A DNA stretch of 64,000 nucleotides from Candidatus Sericytochromatia bacterium. Its GTDB lineage: Bacteria > Cyanobacteriota > Sericytochromatia > S15B-MN24 > VGJW01. Positions 18,051 through 27,005 of this stretch are shown here, one piece after another. The DNA is taken from contig JAYKHS010000026.1 in assembly GCA_035285865.1 (NCBI GenBank), positions 1 through 64,000 of the forward strand. Direction: 5' to 3'. The position numbers and the translations under genes were made by a program. Position 1 is the stretch's first letter, and each line of letters begins with the position of its first letter. The notes under the pieces are model-generated. The model was not told the origin of the DNA, searched no databases, and saw nothing but the letters and a program-made list of their open reading frames with translations.

Positions 18051-19057
18051 TTCGGCGCTTTGCCCTGCTTTCGGCGGTCTTGGTCTTCGTGGCCTCGCGT
18101 CCGGCTGCAGCGGTCATTCTCCAGGATCCCGTCACGGCGACACCCGAGGATGGGTTCGCGTGGGAGTTGTACGGTGCGTGGCAGGCCTTCGATCAGGAGA
18201 TGACCGGTGAATGGCCAGCCCAGCAGCGCTGCAGTCCGGCGCTTTCCGCCGTCAACGGGTGTGATGGCAACCCCTACGTCGAGTCCCGATCGGCCTACGC
18301 GCTCGAATGGCGCGGGCGCTGGAGTCTTGCAGAGGGTACCGGCTTCGAATTGCACGTGCCCGGCCTCTTCGTGCTTCAGGACGATCCAGGTGAGCGATTG
18401 GCGCCGGGCGTTCCTCCGGAGACGCTTGGGCTCGGGGATATCCGATTGGTCCTTGCGCGGGACCTTGCACGCGACGAGGACCGCGGTCTGGTCGCGCGCC
18501 TGCGCGCGAACCTGCCTCCAAATCCCTCGCCACTGGGTCTCCAGCCGGAGACTTGCGTTCTGAAGGATGCTCAAGGAGTTCCTGTCCTCGGTCCCGATGG
18601 TCGGGAGGTCCCTCTGCTGACCCGGATCGAGTGGGCGGCACCGAGTGTGGATTTGCGCCTCGTCGGGCATCAGGAGATATCCGAAGCCGACCTGCAGATG
18701 GTGGGTTCCGTGGGTGCCAACGTGCCCTTCCGTCGTCAGGTGACGGATACCCAGGTGCAGTGGCGTGGGCTGGCGTTCGAAGGCGCTGCAGGACTCACCT
18801 GGCGGCCCGTCAGGGTCGCTGCGTTGCACCTGGAGGCCCTCGGGTCGTGGTCGAATCCCTTCGAGGAAGACAGGCGCATCATCTGCAAGACCGGCGTGCA
18901 GCGCTTCGACCTTGCGCCGGGCGTCACCTGGAGGGCATTCGAGGGTCTGGACCTCTGGAGTCTGGTCCGTGTGCCTGTCTGGTCGGCGGGCTATTGGCGG
19001 GACTGGAGTTCCTTCGACCTTCTGTTCGGCGTTCGGACGGCCACCTGGCAGCCTTGA
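18047..19057 (+). CDS. Exported beta-strand-rich protein (possible outer-membrane barrel)
   Basis: Signal peptide, GLGDIRL motif, aromatic amphipathic strands. TTGA overlap with the upstream gene. Confidence 0.55.
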   Translation: MIRRFALLSAVLVFVASRPAAAVILQDPVTATPEDGFAWELYGAWQAFDQEMTGEWPAQQRCSPALSAVNGCDGNPYVESRSAYALEWRGRWSLAEGTGFELHVPGLFVLQDDPGERLAPGVPPETLGLGDIRLVLARDLARDEDRGLVARLRANLPPNPSPLGLQPETCVLKDAQGVPVLGPDGREVPLLTRIEWAAPSVDLRLVGHQEISEADLQMVGSVGANVPFRRQVTDTQVQWRGLAFEGAAGLTWRPVRVAALHLEALGSWSNPFEEDRRIICKTGVQRFDLAPGVTWRAFEGLDLWSLVRVPVWSAGYWRDWSSFDLLFGVRTATWQP

Positions 19058-19064
19058 ACCTTGC

Positions 19065-19151
19065 TGTGCGAAAGCGCACATCTCCGATGTGACGGCGATG
19101 CGCACATCCCCCGGTCGTCCGACCTAAAGACGTCTGGGGGATGTGCGCATC
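19065..19151 (+). promoter_or_regulatory. Structured leader of spoVS that occludes the RBS
   Basis: Perfect 16-bp inverted repeat 19097-19112 / 19136-19151 ending at the ATG. A second copy of gcgcacatc lies at 19074-19082. Confidence 0.55.
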
Positions 19152-19448
19152 ATGAGTGCCGGGGAAGCTGTGACGCTAAAGGTTGCGGGCGAGTCTCGTC
19201 CGTCCTCCGTCGCCGGGGCAATCTGTGCCGGCCTGCGTGAGCGGGGCCAATGCGAGATGCAGGCAATCGGGGCTGCAGCGGTCAACCAGGCCATCAAGGC
19301 TCTGGCCGTGGCGCGGAGTTTCCTCGAGCCCGAAGGTCTGCAGCTCGTTTTTGCGCCATCCTTCTTCGACCTGGACGTCGCGGGACTCGAACGCACGGCC
19401 GTGCGGTTCCACGTCCGCCTCAGGCAGGACAGGGAGTCGCAGGCCTGA
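19152..19448 (+). CDS. spoVS: Stage V sporulation protein S (Alba-like fold)
   Basis: LKVAGESRPSSVAGAI, QAIGAAAVNQAIKALAVAR. Confidence 0.92.
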   Translation: MSAGEAVTLKVAGESRPSSVAGAICAGLRERGQCEMQAIGAAAVNQAIKALAVARSFLEPEGLQLVFAPSFFDLDVAGLERTAVRFHVRLRQDRESQA

Positions 19449-19487
19449 GGCGGTCGATCGTCCGACCTGTCCGAGGGTTGTGGGGCC

Positions 19488-19517
19488 TTGACTCCGAGGG
19501 TGCCGAGCCGTCAAGAT
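19488..19517 (+). promoter_or_regulatory. sigma70-like promoter for rplU-rpmA
   Basis: TTGACT-N18-CAAGAT about 115 nt upstream of rplU. Confidence 0.4.
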
Positions 19518-19630
19518 GGAGCTCTTGTTATGGGGCGCCGCTCCTTGCCGGTTTTCGACAACGCCTTCTGGCGGCCGTCCGGGGCGCGCATGTCCGGGCC
19601 GATGCCCGTTTTTGAGAGGACGGTTTCCCT

Positions 19631-19942
19631 GTGTACGCCATCATTGAGACGGGCGGCAAGCAGATCAAGGTCGAAGAAGGCCGCTACATCGACGTGGAGA
19701 AGTTGCCCGCTGCCGAGGGAGAGACGATCGAGTTCGATCGTGTCCTGATGGTCGTGGGTGGTGACGACGTCAAGGTGGGGGCGCCCGTCGTGGCCGGCGC
19801 CAAGGTGGTCGGCAAGGTTCAGCGTCAGTGGAAGGGCCCCAAGCTCATCGTCTACAAGATGCGGCCCAAGAAGCATTACCGCCGTAAGAACCACCACCGT
19901 CAGCCCTACACCCGGGTCATGATCGAGGCCATCAAGGCCTGA
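19631..19942 (+). CDS. rplU: 50S ribosomal protein L21
   Basis: [17 protein letters not shown]. Confidence 0.97.
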   Translation: MYAIIETGGKQIKVEEGRYIDVEKLPAAEGETIEFDRVLMVVGGDDVKVGAPVVAGAKVVGKVQRQWKGPKLIVYKMRPKKHYRRKNHHRQPYTRVMIEAIKA

Positions 19943-19973
19943 TTCCCCCGAGATCTACAGAGGTAAATTCGTC

Positions 19974-20240
19974 ATGGCACACAAGAAGGGCGTAGGCAGC
20001 ACCCGGAACGGTCGCGACAGCAACTCGAAGCGTCTGGGCGTCAAGAAGTTCGGCGGCGAGTTCGTGCTTGCCGGCAACATCATCATCCGCCAGCGCGGTA
20101 CCCGCATCCTGGCGGGCGAGAATGTGGGCGTCGGTCGCGACCATACGCTGTACGCGCTGGTTCCTGGCCATGTCGCTTTCCAGCGGTCCGGCGCGGATCG
20201 CAAGAAGGTGGCCGTCCTGCCGTTGGCCGTCGAGGCCTGA
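19974..20240 (+). CDS. rpmA: 50S ribosomal protein L27
   Basis: [21 protein letters not shown]. Confidence 0.98.
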   Translation: MAHKKGVGSTRNGRDSNSKRLGVKKFGGEFVLAGNIIIRQRGTRILAGENVGVGRDHTLYALVPGHVAFQRSGADRKKVAVLPLAVEA

Positions 20241-20261
20241 TTCGGCAGCCGAGAGGCAAAG

Positions 20262-20290
20262 GGCCCGTCGTCCTTGGACGACGGGCCTTC
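20262..20290. terminator. Terminator-like hairpin after rpmA
   Basis: ggcccgtcgtc-cttg-gacgacgggcc, between convergent genes. Confidence 0.75.
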
Positions 20291-20328
20291 GACTTGGGCG
20301 TGCGACGCCTTTGGGGCGTCTTCACGAT

Positions 20329-20916
20329 TCAGGGTGTCTCGTCGGACCCTGGATTGTCGGGCTGTTGGCGGCGCAGGTAGTTGCTGAAATCGGTGGCCGT
20401 GACATTCGCCACGAAGGCCTTGAAGTCATCTTCATTGTCGGCATCCGCTTGCGCGTCACCCAGCAGGGGGGCCACGTCGATCTGCAGCAGGGCGGTGTCG
20501 GCAAGCAGGGGGAGGCGGCTGGCCAAGGCCACCTGGATGGCCTCGATGGCCGACATGGCAAGCCGATGAAGTTTGCTGCCGGTGTCACGGTAGACCAACG
20601 CTCCCTGGACCATGGCACCGCCATTCTGGACGGCCTTGATGCCACCGACGGGTTTGAGCTCCAGCCGGAGGGCAACGGCTCCCAGGCGCTCCAAGGCGGG
20701 TACGAGTCCGGCAGCCATGCGCGGTGGGCCGAACGCCGGGTCCAACAGGGCTGACAGGGTGATGATCTGTTCGATGGCTTCGCGGTGGGTCTCGAGGACG
20801 AACCCCAGCAGCTCCTTGCGCGAGCCCAGAATCAGGCCCTCGCGGCGCTTGCCTTGGCTGTCACGCGGCATCTCGAAGGCACCCAGAAGGGCGACCCGAC
20901 GCAGTCTTTGCGACAC
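20329..20916 (-). CDS. Divergent bifunctional nuclease (DUF151/BFN)-like protein
   Basis: SAIEAIQVALASRLPLLA resembles the BFN RPSDAIALAL..P motif, and C-terminal EDDFKAFVANVTATDF resembles EFxxFLxxxxPxDF. GGGAG RBS. Confidence 0.55.
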   Translation of the reverse strand: MSQRLRRVALLGAFEMPRDSQGKRREGLILGSRKELLGFVLETHREAIEQIITLSALLDPAFGPPRMAAGLVPALERLGAVALRLELKPVGGIKAVQNGGAMVQGALVYRDTGSKLHRLAMSAIEAIQVALASRLPLLADTALLQIDVAPLLGDAQADADNEDDFKAFVANVTATDFSNYLRRQQPDNPGSDETP

Positions 20917-20952
20917 GAAAACTCCCGACAGGTTTCCGCACCTGTCGGGAGT
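20917..20952 (-). terminator. Hairpin + U-tract after HU, overlapping the RBS of the DUF151-like gene
   Basis: actcccgacagg-N8-cctgtcgggagt followed by TTTC-GTG on the - strand. Confidence 0.6.
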
Positions 20953-21001
20953 GATTCTATCACGCGGGGCACATCGCCTACTTGTGCCTCGGGGCCCCGG
21001 A

Positions 21002-21307
21002 TCAGGCCTCGACAAGGACCCTGCGCTTCCGCGTCGCCTCCAGGCGTTCGCGCAGATGCTTGCCCGCGACCCAGACGGCCGCGCGGCGTGCAGGGATCTG
21101 GAGGGTGGATCCCGTCCTCGGATTGCGTCCTTCGCGCGCGGCGCGTTCCCGAATCTGGAACGAGCCGAAGCCCACGAGGGTCACGCGCTGACCGCGCGTC
21201 AGCGCACGGGTAATGGTGTCGAGTGCCGTGTTGAGGCAGAGCGCAATGTCCTTCTGAGGCATGCGGGTCTTCTGCGCGACGTGCCTGACGAGTTCTTCCT
21301 TGTTCAT
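21002..21307 (-). CDS. hup: HU family DNA-binding protein
   Basis: MNKEELV, VTLVGFGSF, REGRNPRTG. Confidence 0.95.
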   Translation of the reverse strand: MNKEELVRHVAQKTRMPQKDIALCLNTALDTITRALTRGQRVTLVGFGSFQIRERAAREGRNPRTGSTLQIPARRAAVWVAGKHLRERLEATRKRRVLVEA

Positions 21308-21463
21308 CGGTGCATTTCCTCGGTCTGGATGCGTGGGGGTGGCGTTTGCTGCAGGTGCGTTACATTTCTTAATGAACGCATGTGGATTATCTGGTTCCGC
21401 TCTGGTTCCGTCAAGAAGGCCCGTGGTGCCGCGTGCTACCATGCCCCCTTGGGGAGGGCCGGG

Positions 21464-22237
21464 ATGGCAGGGCATTCCAAGTGGGCGCAGATCAAGCGCA
21501 CGAAGGCCAAGGTAGACGCCGCAAGGGGCGCGGTCTTCACCCGGATGTCCCGCGAAATCATCGTCGCCGCGCGACTCGGTGGCGGAGACCCTGCAGGAAA
21601 CTTCAGGCTGCGTGCCGCCGTCGAGGCCGCCCGCAAGGCAGGCGTGCCGAACGACAACATCCGCAGGGCCATCGCCAAGGGTACGGGAGCCGAGGGAGCC
21701 GAGATCCTCGAGGAACTTCGCTATGAAGGCTACGGTCCGGGGGGCGTGGCTTTTCTCGTTCGGGCCTGCACGGACAATCGCAATCGGACGGCTGCCGACT
21801 TGCGGACGGTCTTCGGCAGGCTCGGGGGCAATCTGGGCGAGTCGGGATGCGTATCCTACATGTTCGCCGAGCGTGGCGTGGTGTTGCTGGCCTCCGACGA
21901 TGACCCCATGCCGCTCGAGGATGCGGTTCTTGAGGTAGCGCTCGAGGCCGGAGCCGACGACCTGAGATCCCTGCCGGGTGCCTTTGCCGTGCATTGCGAG
22001 GTACCCGCTCTGGAGACCGTTTCCGAGGCCTTGCGTCTCGCCGGATTTCCGGTCGCTTCCGTCGAGGTTCAGGACGTGCCGGACCTGCAGGTTGCCGTGA
22101 CGGATGGGGAGCTGGGTCGCAAGCTGATGTTGCTGGTCGAGCGCCTCGAGGAGCTGGATGACGTCCAGCGGGTGGCGGCAAACTTCGATCTCTCGGACGA
22201 CCTGCTTGCGCGTCTGGCTGACGAAGACCAGGGCTGA
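21464..22237 (+). CDS. yebC: YebC/PmpR family protein
   Basis: MAGHSKWAQIK, YEGYGPGGVA, TDNRNRT. Confidence 0.96.
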   Translation: MAGHSKWAQIKRTKAKVDAARGAVFTRMSREIIVAARLGGGDPAGNFRLRAAVEAARKAGVPNDNIRRAIAKGTGAEGAEILEELRYEGYGPGGVAFLVRACTDNRNRTAADLRTVFGRLGGNLGESGCVSYMFAERGVVLLASDDDPMPLEDAVLEVALEAGADDLRSLPGAFAVHCEVPALETVSEALRLAGFPVASVEVQDVPDLQVAVTDGELGRKLMLLVERLEELDDVQRVAANFDLSDDLLARLADEDQG

Positions 22238-22240
22238 CGG

Positions 22241-23737
22241 GTGAGGGGCGGATGGCTGGCGGTCGGCCTTGTGGTGCTGATCCTCGGCGGAATCCGTCCG
22301 GCCATGGCGGCCTCTTCACGTGTCCCGAAGCCCGTCCCGTTCCTCGCGATTCGTGAACAATCTCCTGCCGGATGGGTTCTGATCCTGCCCGAGGGCTGCA
22401 CCACCCGGCTATTCCGGTTGGACGGGGACCGCTGGGTACTGGACTTTGCTGGGGCCCGGTGGCCGGTCGGGCAGCCCGCAGCGGACCGGACGCGTGCAGG
22501 CGTGCGTATCCGGACAGGTGCCTGGAGGCCGGATGTCGCGCGTCTTGTCCTGACGGGTCAGGGCCCTCGTCCACCGTCATGGCGGGTCGAGCACGTCGGA
22601 GGATGGCGTGTCGGCCGGCTGACCTGGGGTGCGTCCCCGCTCCCGTCCCCTTCGTCGTCCCCGCCGGAGCCTGCAGCGAAGGTGGAGCCGCCGGCCCTTG
22701 CCGTGTCCGCCTCTCCAGCTCCCGCTTCCTCGGCATCGGAGCTTGTGGCCCGGGAGGGTCGGGACGAGGTGCGCGTGGCACCCTCACCGGGCGTGACCCT
22801 TCGTCGGGCCGGGCCCTTGTGGTTGGTGCGCCTGACTGCGGATGCGACGACGCGGTTTCGCCTCTCCCGACGGGGTCAGCGCAGCAGGCTGCATGTCACG
22901 CTCGAGGGTGGCAAGCTGCCACCGGGGGGTGAGCAGGCCTTCGCCGACGGGCCGTTCGCGCTCAGGATCGAGCCTGCATCGGGCTCGGTGCCGGGCGCCC
23001 ACGTGGTCTTGCAATGGCCGCTGGGATATCGATACGAAGCCACGCAGACCGCCGATGGGCAGGCCCTTGTTCTGGGATTCCAGGCACCGGGTCGCGCACG
23101 GGGACGCCAGTTGCGGGTGACGGTCGATGCCGGGCACGGCGGGTCGGATCCCGGCACGCGCAGTCTGTTTGGCGATCCGGAGAAGTCCGTGGCCTTGCAG
23201 CTTGCGCGGCAACTCGAGCGGGCCCTGGTCCGGCGCGGGGTGATCGTGCAGGCGACCCGACAGGGAGACCAGACGCTGTCGCTGCATGGCCGCGTGGACA
23301 TGGGTGAGGAGTTCCGGTCGGACGCCCTCGTCAGCATCCATTTGAACCATGCGGGGCGGGCGAGCACCCGCGGCATTGAGACCTACTGGTATACGCCGGA
23401 AAGCGTGGTCCTGGCGCGCTCCGTGCAGCGTCGCCTCGTGGCCGCGCTGGGTGGACCGGACCGAGGCGTGCACCGGGAAAACTTCGTCGTCGTCAAGTAC
23501 GGTCGATTCCCGGCTTGCCTGGTCGAGGTCGGCTACCTGTCCAACCCCGAGGAAGCCCGATTGCTGATGCAGCCGGCTTACCAGCAGCGGGCAGCTGACG
23601 GGATGGCGTTGGGGATTCTGGACGCCTTGGGCATCCCGGCGCAGACCGCACCCATTCAAACGTCTGGCACTGCCGGCCGGGCTTCGGGTACAAGAGCTTC
23701 CGGGAGGGACCAGCGACGTGGCCGAAGAACACGTTGA
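22241..23737 (+). CDS. N-acetylmuramoyl-L-alanine amidase (AMIN-like N-terminus + Amidase_3)
   Basis: Signal peptide, VDAGHGGSDPG, EK, SIHLN, LVEVGYLSN. Confidence 0.9.
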   Translation: MRGGWLAVGLVVLILGGIRPAMAASSRVPKPVPFLAIREQSPAGWVLILPEGCTTRLFRLDGDRWVLDFAGARWPVGQPAADRTRAGVRIRTGAWRPDVARLVLTGQGPRPPSWRVEHVGGWRVGRLTWGASPLPSPSSSPPEPAAKVEPPALAVSASPAPASSASELVAREGRDEVRVAPSPGVTLRRAGPLWLVRLTADATTRFRLSRRGQRSRLHVTLEGGKLPPGGEQAFADGPFALRIEPASGSVPGAHVVLQWPLGYRYEATQTADGQALVLGFQAPGRARGRQLRVTVDAGHGGSDPGTRSLFGDPEKSVALQLARQLERALVRRGVIVQATRQGDQTLSLHGRVDMGEEFRSDALVSIHLNHAGRASTRGIETYWYTPESVVLARSVQRRLVAALGGPDRGVHRENFVVVKYGRFPACLVEVGYLSNPEEARLLMQPAYQQRAADGMALGILDALGIPAQTAPIQTSGTAGRASGTRASGRDQRRGRRTR

Positions 23738-24020
23738 AACCGGCGCGGAGTCGGCCGGAGATGATCCCCTCGTGATGAGGGTCATGACCTCTCTGACCCT
23801 CGCCGCCGTCATCATGCTGGTTGCCCTCGGGGGCTGGGCCTGGGTGCACCGACCGCGCTCCGCGCCGGACCTGACGACGGGTGGTCCCGGCGCTCAGGTC
23901 TTCCAGCAGCAGGGTTCCCCGGCGGACCTTGGGTCGCAGCAGGCCGAGCCTACCGACCCGTCAGCTATGAACCGGGATCAGAAGGCCCGTCGGCTCTTCG
24001 GGGGCATGAACGGCGACTAG
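23718..24020 (+). CDS. Small single-TM hypothetical protein
   Basis: One hydrophobic helix (LTLAAVIMLVALGGWAWV). Overlaps the amidase stop. Confidence 0.55.
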   Translation: MAEEHVETGAESAGDDPLVMRVMTSLTLAAVIMLVALGGWAWVHRPRSAPDLTTGGPGAQVFQQQGSPADLGSQQAEPTDPSAMNRDQKARRLFGGMNGD

Positions 24021-25669
24021 CCGCCGCGGCCACGACCCTTGCCGTATCGGCCACTGCCACGCTGTCCGGACTCGGCATCCTCTGGCCGGGCTTCGCTCAT
24101 GACCAGGTTCCAGCCGGTCATGTTCGCGAAGCGTGACGGGACGATGGCCGTGTCGACGTCCTTGCGCAACTGGTCGAAGGGGACGGTCAGGGATTCACCC
24201 GATCCGGAATCCGCCACGATGGCAATTTCCGCACCCGAGGCATCCTTGCGCAGTTCGAGTATGGTGACCTGATGAAGGACCTGCTGGCCGTTCTGGTTGC
24301 CGGTCACGCTTGCCGGGACGGGATAACCTTCGTCGAGTGCCTTGCGGATGCCCTCCCACGCCCGATCGCGGTTGCGATCCGTGACCGGCACGGGAACGGC
24401 CCGGTCCCCGGCCACGGCCTCGTAAAGCTTTTCGGCCTGAAGCTCCGTGAGGCCTCCGGGGACGCTTGCGGCCTGCCGGGTGGAAGCACTGGCGGTTCCC
24501 TCGGGCTCGTAGATCCCCTCGCCCCTGCGTCCACCGCCGTAGCGGCCGCCCCCGCGTCGACCACCTCCATAGACGCCGCCCCCGCGTCGGCCACCACCAT
24601 AGGAGCCGCCACCGATGCCTTCGTCCGAGCCGTCGTCGTAGCGTTCCGCGTGCGCCATGAGTGCTTCCTGGATCACGGCATCGGTCGAGGACCGGCCGAC
24701 CGTCTCGCCCTGCCAATCGACCGGAGCAAGCTCCAGGAGGTCGTCGTTGGCCAGGCGAACCTTGCCTTCCCAGATCAGCCCGGTAGCCAGCCGAAGATAC
24801 TCGGCCGGGTCCTGCTGCGCCATCAGCGTCTGGAGCGACGCCACGACGCAGGTGTTGGTGCCCTCTCCCTGGTAAACCTTGTCCGGATAGGCCACGTGGT
24901 TGATGAGGTTGGCCAATTGACCTGCTGGAGTGAGACCTCGCTCCCGGAGGCCCGCGGCCAGCGTCGGTGCCTGGGCCCGGGAGGCCAGCAGTTGCAGGAT
25001 GGTCGGGGGTACGTCGCTTGCGCGACCCGTAGGTGCCTTGCGCAGGAGCACGCCCTCCTCGAGGAGCCGGGCGAGCCCTGCGCGGGTACCTTCCATCACC
25101 TTGTCATCCAGCGCGCCCGCGAAGGATTCGAGGATGCCCACGAAACTGGCACGGTCCGACTCCGAGAGCTCGCGGAAGGCCTGACGCTGAGCAGCAGACA
25201 GGGACGCGATTCGGCTCTCGTGCTCCGGGCGTACCGGGACGGCGGCATGCTGCGCGCGGGCGGTCCGGGCCGCCATGGTTTCGGCGGCATCGTTCTGGTT
25301 GAACTTCTGCTGCGCTTGCGCCACGTGCTTGGCTTCCTGAATCTCGGCGGCAATCTCGAGCATCTTGCGGCTTGTTCCGCCAACGCCAGCCCCCCGATTC
25401 GCAGGCTGGCCGCCGCCCGTCAGGCCCTGCCAGAGGCGCTCGGCCCACGCCATCAGGCGCCGAACGAGCGAAGGCTTCTCGGCCGGCATTGCTGCAGGCG
25501 GGGGAGGTGGCAGCGGTGCCGTGCGCTGGAACCGGTCCGTTGCGGCTCGCGGACGGTCGTCCACCGCAGGGGGCGCTGACTCGGCCGTCGGGGACGGCGG
25601 TGCGATCGGTGCCGTGCCGTTGATGCGGCGGACGTCGTTCAAAAGGCCCAAGTGCTCACTCCTGTCCAC
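24017..25669 (-). CDS. Hypothetical effector-like protein with putative papain-like (C39-like) Cys protease domain and RGG/YGG insert
   Basis: Pro-rich disordered N-terminus, YQGEGTNTCVVAS, DPAEYLRLATGL, HQVTILE, ADSG. Confidence 0.6.
   Translation of the reverse strand: MDRSEHLGLLNDVRRINGTAPIAPPSPTAESAPPAVDDRPRAATDRFQRTAPLPPPPPAAMPAEKPSLVRRLMAWAERLWQGLTGGGQPANRGAGVGGTSRKMLEIAAEIQEAKHVAQAQQKFNQNDAAETMAARTARAQHAAVPVRPEHESRIASLSAAQRQAFRELSESDRASFVGILESFAGALDDKVMEGTRAGLARLLEEGVLLRKAPTGRASDVPPTILQLLASRAQAPTLAAGLRERGLTPAGQLANLINHVAYPDKVYQGEGTNTCVVASLQTLMAQQDPAEYLRLATGLIWEGKVRLANDDLLELAPVDWQGETVGRSSTDAVIQEALMAHAERYDDGSDEGIGGGSYGGGRRGGGVYGGGRRGGGRYGGGRRGEGIYEPEGTASASTRQAASVPGGLTELQAEKLYEAVAGDRAVPVPVTDRNRDRAWEGIRKALDEGYPVPASVTGNQNGQQVLHQVTILELRKDASGAEIAIVADSGSGESLTVPFDQLRKDVDTAIVPSRFANMTGWNLVMSEARPEDAESGQRGSGRYGKGRGRGG
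24509..24612 (-). repeat. ~3.5 x 30-bp in-frame tandem repeat encoding GGGxYGGGRR
   Basis: Units at 24531, 24561 and 24591 on the + strand, with synonymous divergence. Confidence 0.85.
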
Positions 25670-25856
25670 GCTCCGGGGGGACTGATTACTTCATGGGACG
25701 AACCCTGGCATGGATCGCTGCGTTTAATATCCAATTCATCATTTTTTGACACGTCAGCCGGAGGTGCGGATCGAGGAAGCTGCCTACAATGGGAGACCCT
25801 GTCCCCGGGAACTGCGGGAGCCCGAGCGCTCCCTTCGCCTCACGGAGGTCGTGACG

Positions 25857-27005
25857 ATGCTAGCCGGGATTCCGGGGCGTTCCGGCGTCGGTCGTGCCCC
25901 TCGACGTCTCCTTGTGATGGTGGGTTGCCTCCTCGCAGCCTGCCGGCCGACCGAGGACGCACGTCCAGTCCCCGTCGAGGCCGAGCGACCCGTCGCGGTT
26001 CGTCAGGGCGTGGTCGCGCTTCGTACGGTTGCCGATGGGTGGCTTCTGCAGGGGCAGGTGCAGGCGGGGCGCGAGTGGCGCGCCCTGGCTCGCGTCGGTG
26101 GTCGCGTCGTCCAGATGGCACCGGAATGGTCGCGGCTCGGGCCGTCCGGACTGCTTGCGCGCCTGTCGGCGCCTGAGGTCGAGGGACAGGTTGCCCAGGC
26201 CCGCGCTGCCCTGGCCACGGCGGAGGCCGGGCGGGCCACCGCCGAGGCCAACCTGAGGCAGGCCCGGGATTTGGCGCGACGAACCCAGGACCTCGCCGAA
26301 GGTGAAGTCACGAGTGACCAGACCCGTGCCCAGGCCCGCACCATGGTCGAGGTTGCCGAAGCCCAGGCGGCCCAGGCTCGTGCCGCGTGTGCGCAGGCTG
26401 CCGGGGCACTTCAGACCGTGCAGGCGCAGCGTGATGAGACCGTCGTCCGGGTTCCTGCCGGCGGCGTGGTGTCGCAACGGCTGGCAGAGCCCGGCAGCGT
26501 GGTCATGCCCGGCCAGCCCCTGGCTGTCGTGGTGGAGGATGGCCGGATGCACGTGCGGATCGCCTTGCCCGAGCAGGCAGCCGGGGTCGTCGAGGTGGGT
26601 CATCTTGCCGAACTCGAGGCGACGGCCTTCCCGGGCCGGCGCTTCCGGGGGCGGGTCGTGGCCTTGGGGCCGGTGCTCGATCCCGTGACCCACACCCGGC
26701 CGGCCCGTGTCGAGCCAGTCGGCAATCATCCGCTGAGGCCGGGCATGTCCATCGAGGTGCGTCTGCGTGGCAAGGAGCGCAGGGCTCGGGTCGTACCCCT
26801 CGCGGCTATCGTCACGACCGAGGGCGAGGACTTCCTCCACGTCGTCTCGGCTGGCAAGGCGCGTCGTCGACCGGTCGTCCTCGGCTGGCGAGATGCGCGG
26901 TGGGTCGAGGTCGTCCGGGGAGCCGAGCCGGGTGAGGTCGTCGTCACGGCCGGCGCGGACTTCGTGAAGGATGGGGATGCCGTCACTGCCGGAGTGGAGC
27001 CTTGA
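25857..27005 (+). CDS. RND efflux periplasmic adaptor (lipoprotein)
   Basis: Lipobox LLAAC, alpha-hairpin, VRVPAGGVV, LRPGMS. Confidence 0.9.
   Translation: MLAGIPGRSGVGRAPRRLLVMVGCLLAACRPTEDARPVPVEAERPVAVRQGVVALRTVADGWLLQGQVQAGREWRALARVGGRVVQMAPEWSRLGPSGLLARLSAPEVEGQVAQARAALATAEAGRATAEANLRQARDLARRTQDLAEGEVTSDQTRAQARTMVEVAEAQAAQARAACAQAAGALQTVQAQRDETVVRVPAGGVVSQRLAEPGSVVMPGQPLAVVVEDGRMHVRIALPEQAAGVVEVGHLAELEATAFPGRRFRGRVVALGPVLDPVTHTRPARVEPVGNHPLRPGMSIEVRLRGKERRARVVPLAAIVTTEGEDFLHVVSAGKARRRPVVLGWRDARWVEVVRGAEPGEVVVTAGADFVKDGDAVTAGVEP

Noticed and set aside
19152..19448. spoVS as evidence of sporulation
   Set aside because: SpoVS occurs in many non-sporulating bacteria, and no other sporulation genes are present.
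19518..19630. L21 leader RNA upstream of rplU
   Set aside because: A ~110-nt leader exists but I cannot match it to the known motif by eye.
24509..24612. 30-bp repeats as a CRISPR array
   Set aside because: Repeats are contiguous with no spacers, in frame, vary at synonymous positions, and no cas genes are present.
25670..25760. sigma28 promoter upstream of the effector-like gene
   Set aside because: TAAA is present but spacing and -10 (GCCAGGGT at N13) do not fit TAAA-N15-GCCGATAA.
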